Below, piece by piece: positions 57,638-64,000 of a stretch of DNA of 64,000 nucleotides (the stretch's first letter is position 1; every line of letters starts with the position of its first letter). The DNA is from Thermoproteota archaeon (GTDB lineage Archaea > Asgardarchaeota > Jordiarchaeia > Jordiarchaeales > Freyrarchaeaceae): positions 31,036-95,035 of the forward strand of contig JAPDJY010000034.1 in the NCBI GenBank assembly GCA_029258835.1. The letters are read 5' to 3'. Under the pieces are notes generated by a model, which was not told where the DNA came from, searched no databases, and saw only the letters and a list, made by a program, of their open reading frames with translations. The position numbers and the translations under genes were made by a program.

Positions 57638-58729
57638 TCAATAAAGCCTTTTCACGACGAAGTCTGCTAGCTCAACAAAGTACCTTTCAGCATCCCTGCT
57701 TAGAGGAGGGTCGAGAGATCTTATTTTCTCCTTCGCCTCCTCCTTTAACGCTAATGCTTTTTTACGTGCCTTCTCAAGCGCTCCAACCCTTAAGAATATC
57801 TCCTTAACCCTTTCAACTTCCTCTACCTTGGCTTCCCTTTTCCCCAGCACCTCCCTAAGAACCCTTAACTCCTCAGGGTTTACCGCCTCCATCGCATTAA
57901 CAACCAAGATCGTCTTTTTCCCCTCCCTTATGTCGCTGTCGACAGGCTTACCCGTCACTCCTTCGTCTCCGAAAGTTCCAAGTATATCATCCTGTATCTG
58001 GAATGCTTGCCCTACGAGGATGGCGTACTCCTTCAATGCCTGAATTTGACTCGCCGTCCCTCCTCCAAGTGTCGCCCCAATCTCAATGGATTTTTCGAGA
58101 AGGGACGCGGTCTTCATCTTCACCATGTACATGTACTCATCCATAGTGACCCTCTCCTTCATGGAGAGAACCGTTTCAAACATAACACCATCTATTAGCT
58201 CTTCAAACACTTCCTGGTAAAGGCTTATTGCCTTACAGATAAGATCAGAAGAAAAACCAGACTCGATTAAAGCCTCCAGCCCCAAGTTATACGTCGTATT
58301 CCCTCCTAGAATTGCCATAGTCATCCCAAAATCATCCTCTTTCCCCGCCTCAAAATTATCTAGGTACCAGTTACGGTACTTTACATGAAACGTTTCTCCT
58401 CCCCTACGAGTTTCATCATGGTCTATGAGGTCGTCATGGATAAGTGTTGCATTATGGAGCAGCTCTACGGAAATAGACGCCTTATATATGTCTCCTTGAT
58501 TTTTTCCTCCAACGCCGAAGTAGGCGTTAATTAGCGAAATTGGTCTAAGCCTTTTCCCTCCTCTCATGATGAACTCCTTAATGTTCGAGTAGTACTCAGC
58601 GTGATATGGGGAAACAGCCCGGGCAATTTTCCTCTCAAAAAAGGCTTCAATACTAGCGTTAACACGTTCAAGATACTTGCCAACCTGCTCCTGAAAGCTC
58701 AATCCTTCCCTCCTCCACACTAACTTCAC
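57638..58729 (-). CDS. Polyprenyl diphosphate (GGPP-type) synthase
   Basis: GGKRLRP, HDDLID..ETRRG, KT, FQIQDDILG, DIREGKKT. Confidence 0.95.
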   Translation of the reverse strand: MKLVWRREGLSFQEQVGKYLERVNASIEAFFERKIARAVSPYHAEYYSNIKEFIMRGGKRLRPISLINAYFGVGGKNQGDIYKASISVELLHNATLIHDDLIDHDETRRGGETFHVKYRNWYLDNFEAGKEDDFGMTMAILGGNTTYNLGLEALIESGFSSDLICKAISLYQEVFEELIDGVMFETVLSMKERVTMDEYMYMVKMKTASLLEKSIEIGATLGGGTASQIQALKEYAILVGQAFQIQDDILGTFGDEGVTGKPVDSDIREGKKTILVVNAMEAVNPEELRVLREVLGKREAKVEEVERVKEIFLRVGALEKARKKALALKEEAKEKIRSLDPPLSRDAERYFVELADFVVKRLY

Positions 58730-59095
58730 CCAAGTCTAGGAAAAACCTTCCCTTTTAACTTCTTCCCCCCCACACAACTTCTAGTTCGACACTCCCAAAA
58801 GTTTAGGTGAAAATAAAGTAGAAACGTGTAGCCTGTCCAGCCTCCTCTGAAATTCCCTCAAACATTCACGTTGGCTTCACATGTTTTACGTGTAAATGTT
58901 AAGTTAAAGCCGAAACCTCTGCGTTTTTGAGTGTAAAAACAGTAACCCTTAAAATCGTCGAAATCTCACCTTATTACTGCGTAACCTTTAAATACCATCT
59001 TTAACCCCTCTCCTATTCCAAAGAGGCACAGAGGAACATAGAAGAACTTCTTCTAACGAACCTAACGCTCGCCAGTAGCTTGGAGGATCTAAACC

Positions 59096-60166
59096 TTGAT
59101 GAGGCCGAAAGTGCGGGTTGGAATCGAAGGATGGGGATGCTACATTCCCCAGTATAGGATAACAGTTGAAGCAATAGCATCCGTTTGGGGCGTGCCATCA
59201 GAGCGCTACAAGGAAGGCCTTCTCATACGGGAGAAAGCCGTGGCCGGCCCCGACGAAGACACGATAACCCTGTCCGCTGAAGCAGCCATGAATGCCGTTA
59301 AAAGAGCGCAGATAGACCCGTTGGAGATAGGCGCCGTCCTCTGCGGGTCAGAGTCTCACCCCTACGCTGTGAAGCCGACCGGGTGCACGGTCGCCGAGAT
59401 AGTAGGTGCGACTCCAAACACCCTCGCAGCAGACCTTGAGTTCGCATGTAAAGCTGGAACCGAAGCTGTCCAGATGTGTATGGCTCTCGCCGCCTCAGGA
59501 ATGGTAAAGTATGGATTAGCTGTAGGTGCCGATGTAGCTCAAAGTGCTCCCGGAGACGACTTAGAGTATTCCGCCGCCGCAGGAGCGGCTGCCCTAATAA
59601 TTGGAAAGTTAAACTCTTCATCAGCTGCGTCGATCGAAGCAACGTACTCTTACGTCACCGACACACCCGACTTCTGGAGGCGGGCCGAGCAACCATATCC
59701 AAAGCATGGTGGACCATTCACAGCGTTATCTTATTTCCATCATGTCACGTTTGCGGCCGAGCAGCTTATTGAAGAGCTTGGAATGAGGCCAAGTGACTTC
59801 GACTACGTTGTTTTCCATCAGCCGAACGGGAAGTTCCCCCTCAGAGCTGCCAGCCAGCTTGGCTTCACTAGAGATCAGGTATTAAAAGGCCTACTTGTCC
59901 CGTACATTGGAAACACGTATTCCGCATCCGCGCTTCTAGGGCTGGCAGCAGTGCTGGATGACGCTTCACCCGGAGAGCAAATCCTCTTAGTATCCTACGG
60001 TTCCGGTGCTGGCAGCGACGCAATGTACATTGTTGTCCAGGATGGCGTGGAGGAGAAGCGCCACCTCGCCCCTAAGGTTTGGGACTACGTTAAGAGGAAG
60101 AAGTACATAGACTACGCCTGCTACGCTAAGTGGCGTAGGATGATCATAGGCTTGGAGTCTAAGTAG
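59096..60166 (+). CDS. Hydroxymethylglutaryl-CoA synthase (archaeal)
   Basis: [43 protein letters not shown]. Confidence 0.96.
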   Translation: MMRPKVRVGIEGWGCYIPQYRITVEAIASVWGVPSERYKEGLLIREKAVAGPDEDTITLSAEAAMNAVKRAQIDPLEIGAVLCGSESHPYAVKPTGCTVAEIVGATPNTLAADLEFACKAGTEAVQMCMALAASGMVKYGLAVGADVAQSAPGDDLEYSAAAGAAALIIGKLNSSSAASIEATYSYVTDTPDFWRRAEQPYPKHGGPFTALSYFHHVTFAAEQLIEELGMRPSDFDYVVFHQPNGKFPLRAASQLGFTRDQVLKGLLVPYIGNTYSASALLGLAAVLDDASPGEQILLVSYGSGAGSDAMYIVVQDGVEEKRHLAPKVWDYVKRKKYIDYACYAKWRRMIIGLESK

Positions 60167-60177
60167 GGGGAGTATGT

Positions 60178-61335
60178 TTGAAACGTAAGGTTGCTGTGAT
60201 CGGTGTAGGAATGGTTAAGGTTGACCACCACTGGAGTGAGTCGCTTCGCTCCCTCTTCACTAAAGCAGCCTTAAACGCGTTGGAGGATGCGGGGATACCG
60301 AAAGTTGAAGCTCTTTATGTAGGCAACATGTCTGCAGGGCAATTTAACAATCAGGAGAACATTGCTCCCCTACTTGCGGATTCTCTGGGCTTTAACTCTA
60401 TACCTTCAATACGCGTTGAGGAGGGCTGCAGCTCTGGGGCTGCAGCTCTCTACATGGGGCTTAAGGACGTTGCGTCCGGAATGCATGACATTGTGATGGT
60501 TGGCGGCGTAGAAAAGATGATGGACACCACAACTAACGATGCTACGTTCATAATCTCCACGGTAACTGATCAGGAGTATGAAGCCTTCACTGGCTTATCA
60601 CTTGCAGGGATAAATGCTATGGTTATGCGCTTATATATGAAAAGGTTCGGTGTTAAAAGGGAGAGCTTTGCCAAGTTTGTCGTTCAGATGCATGATAATG
60701 CTTCGAAGAACCCGTACGCTCAGTTCCCCTTTAAAATATCTCTTGAAAAAGCCCTTAACTCCGTCCCCGTAGCAGACCCAATCCATCTTATGGACTGCGC
60801 CCCAATAGGAGATGGCGCGGCAGCTTTAATCCTTTGCCCTGCGGATAAAGCTAGGGAATTCGTATCCGACTGCGTTGAAATCGCAGGGGCTTGGAAGGCC
60901 AATGACACTTTCCTTTTCCATATGAGAAAAGATTTCCTGACGCTAAAGGCGACGGTTGAAGCTAGCAGAAACGCCTATGAAATGGCTAAGATAACCCCCG
61001 AGGACATTGACGTAGCAGAAGTCCATGACTCCTTCTCCATTGCGGGTTTCCTCGCCATAGAAGATTTAGGCTTCGCCCGTAAGGGGGAGGCTTGGAAGGC
61101 CGTGGAGGAAGGTCTCATAAGTTTAGAAGGGGAAATCCCGATAAACCCTTCCGGCGGCTTGAAGGCTCGAGGTCATCCTATAGGGGCAACCGGCATATAC
61201 CAAGCAGCCGAAATAGTTCTCCAGCTTCGTGGCGAAGCCGGTAAGCGTCAAGTTCCTGACGCTCAAGTAGGCATAACTCACAATACGAGCGGGTTTGGAA
61301 CCTCAGCAATAGTCCATGTTTTTAAGGCTAAATGA
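60178..61335 (+). CDS. Acetoacetyl-CoA thiolase (archaeal)
   Basis: RVE..CSSG, GGVEKM, DGAAA, EVHD, NPSGGLKARGHPIGATG. Confidence 0.95.
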   Translation: MKRKVAVIGVGMVKVDHHWSESLRSLFTKAALNALEDAGIPKVEALYVGNMSAGQFNNQENIAPLLADSLGFNSIPSIRVEEGCSSGAAALYMGLKDVASGMHDIVMVGGVEKMMDTTTNDATFIISTVTDQEYEAFTGLSLAGINAMVMRLYMKRFGVKRESFAKFVVQMHDNASKNPYAQFPFKISLEKALNSVPVADPIHLMDCAPIGDGAAALILCPADKAREFVSDCVEIAGAWKANDTFLFHMRKDFLTLKATVEASRNAYEMAKITPEDIDVAEVHDSFSIAGFLAIEDLGFARKGEAWKAVEEGLISLEGEIPINPSGGLKARGHPIGATGIYQAAEIVLQLRGEAGKRQVPDAQVGITHNTSGFGTSAIVHVFKAK

Positions 61336-61348
61336 GGTGAAAGGGGAG

Positions 61349-61762
61349 TTGCCATCCAGACATTGGAGAGAACTGCCTCAAAGGTACAGGCTGGAAGCAT
61401 CTTTTTGTCCTAAATGCTCGACAACGTACTTTCCTCCAAGAGAGTTCTGCCCCGAGTGCGGGTCGAGGGAGCTGGAACGAAGGAAGCTTCCTCACAGAGG
61501 AAAACTGGTAACCTACACGGTGATGTATACTCCTCCAAAAGGCTTCGAGCTCTATGTTCCATACATTGTAGGGTTAGTTAGGCTTGAAGATGGAACCTAC
61601 ATAACCGCTCAGATAACAGATGTTGACCCCCAAGAACTCGACTTAGACATAGACGTTGAAGCTGTAATAAGGAAAATTGGTGAGAAAGGACGGGATGGAC
61701 CCATATACTACAGTTACAAGTTTAGGCCCGCCGTTCCGAACGGTGGCTCAACGGAAACTTAG
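61349..61762 (+). CDS. DUF35 Zn-ribbon/OB scaffold protein of the thiolase-HMGCS complex
   Basis: CPKC..YFPPR..CPECG, Y.YKFRP; third gene of the triad; TTG start assumed. Confidence 0.92.
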   Translation: MPSRHWRELPQRYRLEASFCPKCSTTYFPPREFCPECGSRELERRKLPHRGKLVTYTVMYTPPKGFELYVPYIVGLVRLEDGTYITAQITDVDPQELDLDIDVEAVIRKIGEKGRDGPIYYSYKFRPAVPNGGSTET

Positions 61763-61794
61763 CCTCCCTCCTAGAAACGCGGGGTCTTTGAAGC

Positions 61795-63600
61795 ATGAGG
61801 GAATTTCTCTCCCAACTAGAAAAAGAAAATCTTCTCCTAAAGATCAAAAGAAAGGTCTCTGTTAAGTATGAGATTCCCGCCATCATGAAAAAACTAGACG
61901 GGAAACCCTTACTTTTCGAGAACGTTGCAGAAAGCAGGTTTAAAGTGGCTGCTAACCTTTGCTCAAGCAAAAATCTCATAGCTAAAGCATTAAACGTTCC
62001 CCCCGAACACCTTCTCCCCAAGCTCGCTGAAGCGTTAAAGAAGCGTAGTGAACCAGAAGTTGTAAGTCACGGCCGCTGCCTAGAAGTCGTCGAAAATGTA
62101 AACCTCACCAAGCTTCCGATCTTAACACATACCGAGAAGGACGGAGGCCCCTACGTAACCTCCGCCATAGTCGTAGTGAGAGACCCAGATTATGGACGTA
62201 ACCTGAGCTTTCACAGGCTTATGCTCCTAGACGAGAGAAGATTTGCAATAAGGGTCGTGGAGGACAGGGACACGTACACGTACCTTAAAAGGGCTGGAGG
62301 CGAACTTGACGCGGCGATCGTGATCGGTAATCATCCCTCAGTTATGTTCGCCGCTGCAACTTCTCTCCCAGTGGACGTTGACGAGTACGAGGTGGCGAAT
62401 GCCCTGAAACCTGTGAAGCTGGTTAAGTGCAAGACCGTAGACTTGGAAGTCCCCGCTGACTCCGAAATACTCTTAGAAGCTAAGATAACTAGCGAGACGG
62501 TTGAGGAGGGCCCCTTCCCTGACATAACAGGAACGTACGACATCGTTAGGGAACAACCAGTGGTTGAAGTCAACCGGTTCTCCCATGCAAAGGACGCGGT
62601 GTACCAAGCGATACTTCCCGGCGGAGCCGAGCACAAGCTCCTAATGGGGATGCCCCGGGAGCCTGTGATATACAATGAAGTTAGCAAGGTTTGTGAGTGC
62701 CTTGACGTCGCTTTAACTCATGGAGGCTGCTCTTGGTTGCACTGCATAATTAAAATAAAGAAGAAGCATGCCGATGACGGTGTAAGGGCTATAGAAGCAG
62801 CATTCAGAGCGCACAAGTCCTTAAAGCACGTAGTGGTAGTTGATGAGGACGTGGATATTTACGACCTAAACTCGGTCGAGTACCTCTTTAAGAAGTACGG
62901 CGACGACGTGGCGTGCGTGATAGTCGAGCCCGTGGCCATGAACATGGGGGTCGTACCGCCTGAGCCAGGGTTCCTGGAGGGACTGAGGAAGATATGTGAC
63001 GAGTATGGAGCCGTCCTCATATTCGACGAAATAAAGACCGGAGCCAAGCTGGCCTACGGTGGGGCTGTCGAGTACTTCGGTGTGCAACCAGACCTCGTCA
63101 CAGTGGCCAAGGCCGTCGCAGGAGGAGCCCCCTTCTCAGCCGTCGTAGGCAAAAGAGACATAATGGAGCTCATAGGGCATGGCATGGTCGCCCACGCTGG
63201 CACCTTCAACGCGAACCACCTCAGCGTGACGGCGGCTAAGGTAACCCTAAAGGAGATACTCACCCCGGATGTCTACGGGCCCACCAGGAGGCTCTCCGAG
63301 GAGCTCGCTAAAGGCTACCAGGACATACTCGACGACAAAGGCATAGACGCTGTGGTGCAGTGGATAGGCGCGAACGGACACGTATACCTGGGCGTCGACG
63401 AGCCCGTGAAGGACTACAGAGGTTACAGGAAGCAGGACTCAGACCTGTGGTGGCTCGTAGCATACGCCATGATGAACAGAGGTGTCATATTCGAGGTCCT
63501 GACCGCCGACGACCAGTGGACTGTATCCGTAGCGCATACCAAAGAGGACGTTGAAAAGACTTTGGAGGCCTTCAAGGAGGCTGTGTCTAAGCTGACTTGA
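61795..63600 (+). CDS. Chimeric ORF: C-terminally truncated UbiD-family decarboxylase fused to the C-terminal part of a class III (GSA-type) aminotransferase
   Basis: UbiD motifs DGGPY, N.SFHR, EGPFPD, K.VVVVDEDVDI up to ~62860; then IVEPV.MN.G, FDEIKTG, AKAVAGG, HAGTFNAN. Confidence 0.85.
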   Translation: MREFLSQLEKENLLLKIKRKVSVKYEIPAIMKKLDGKPLLFENVAESRFKVAANLCSSKNLIAKALNVPPEHLLPKLAEALKKRSEPEVVSHGRCLEVVENVNLTKLPILTHTEKDGGPYVTSAIVVVRDPDYGRNLSFHRLMLLDERRFAIRVVEDRDTYTYLKRAGGELDAAIVIGNHPSVMFAAATSLPVDVDEYEVANALKPVKLVKCKTVDLEVPADSEILLEAKITSETVEEGPFPDITGTYDIVREQPVVEVNRFSHAKDAVYQAILPGGAEHKLLMGMPREPVIYNEVSKVCECLDVALTHGGCSWLHCIIKIKKKHADDGVRAIEAAFRAHKSLKHVVVVDEDVDIYDLNSVEYLFKKYGDDVACVIVEPVAMNMGVVPPEPGFLEGLRKICDEYGAVLIFDEIKTGAKLAYGGAVEYFGVQPDLVTVAKAVAGGAPFSAVVGKRDIMELIGHGMVAHAGTFNANHLSVTAAKVTLKEILTPDVYGPTRRLSEELAKGYQDILDDKGIDAVVQWIGANGHVYLGVDEPVKDYRGYRKQDSDLWWLVAYAMMNRGVIFEVLTADDQWTVSVAHTKEDVEKTLEAFKEAVSKLT

Positions 63601-63767
63601 TGAAAGCCTTCACACTTCCCCTTTTTTAAGCCTCCACTCCCTTTCCGCAGAGAGTCTGCTTGAAAGCCTTCCTGAAGTGTTCTGTAAGAGTTTTGTAATC
63701 GAGCATAGAGTGTGGTCCGTATACTCAAGGGATTGTGAAAGGTTCAAAGAAAAAGTAGGGGGAATGT

Positions 63768-64000
63768 TTATTCGGGGGCCAGCTCCTTGAACGCCAGCGT
63801 CACGTCTATGCCCTGCTTGGCTCTGTACCACTTCCATGCGAAGTACCATATTATGCCCGTCACCCAGACAGCTATGTATATGAACGTCCATATCCTCGTG
63901 TAGCCCGCAAACAGCTCAGGAGAGTAAGACGCTCGTACTAGTATGGCGTCGAATATCAGCGTTATGATTCCAGCTATCGTGGCGTACGGTATGGGTCCAA
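63768..64000 (-). CDS. C-terminus of an APC-family amino-acid permease (partial)
   Basis: Hand translation: ...IIWYFAWKWYRAKQGIDVTLAFKELAPE-stop, preceded by two TM helices. Confidence 0.75.
   Translation of the reverse strand, partial: GPIPYATIAGIITLIFDAILVRASYSPELFAGYTRIWTFIYIAVWVTGIIWYFAWKWYRAKQGIDVTLAFKELAPE

Noticed and set aside
1-64000. CRISPR array, rRNA, intact transposase, integrase or inteins
   Set aside because: No regularly spaced repeats, rRNA-like tracts or such ORFs were seen; core proteins have normal lengths

Overview
Core-genome window of an archaeon, most likely an Asgard archaeon (inferred from a profilin-like protein, two longin-like proteins, a Ras/Arf-like small GTPase and a membrane RING-like protein). 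It carries replication genes (PCNA, priL, priS, GINS, RPA, ligase, nucS), translation and secretion genes (uL11-uL1-uL10-P1, alaS, srp54, sec61beta, ZPR1), tRNA maturation genes (archease, trmY, pus10), a mevalonate/isoprenoid cluster and assorted metabolism. The most striking signal is outside the ORF track. All six tRNA genes are interrupted by 2-4 introns, 16 in total, most with bulge-helix-bulge (BHB) motifs. They include a four-intron tRNA-Asn and a tRNA-Glu whose anticodon is split. Other signals: two dispersed ~200-bp non-autonomous IS607/IS605-like elements that keep an omegaRNA-like tnpB 3' end; a 1310-aa TrmB-like protein with a ~1000-aa helical insert; a profilin/longin/coiled-coil/multi-TM cluster; a doubly frameshifted lutB; a local AC/GT skew inversion at the tRNA cluster; and an in-frame UbiD::aminotransferase chimera near the right end that may be an assembly join. 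All calls come from reading the sequence by eye; no searches were run.
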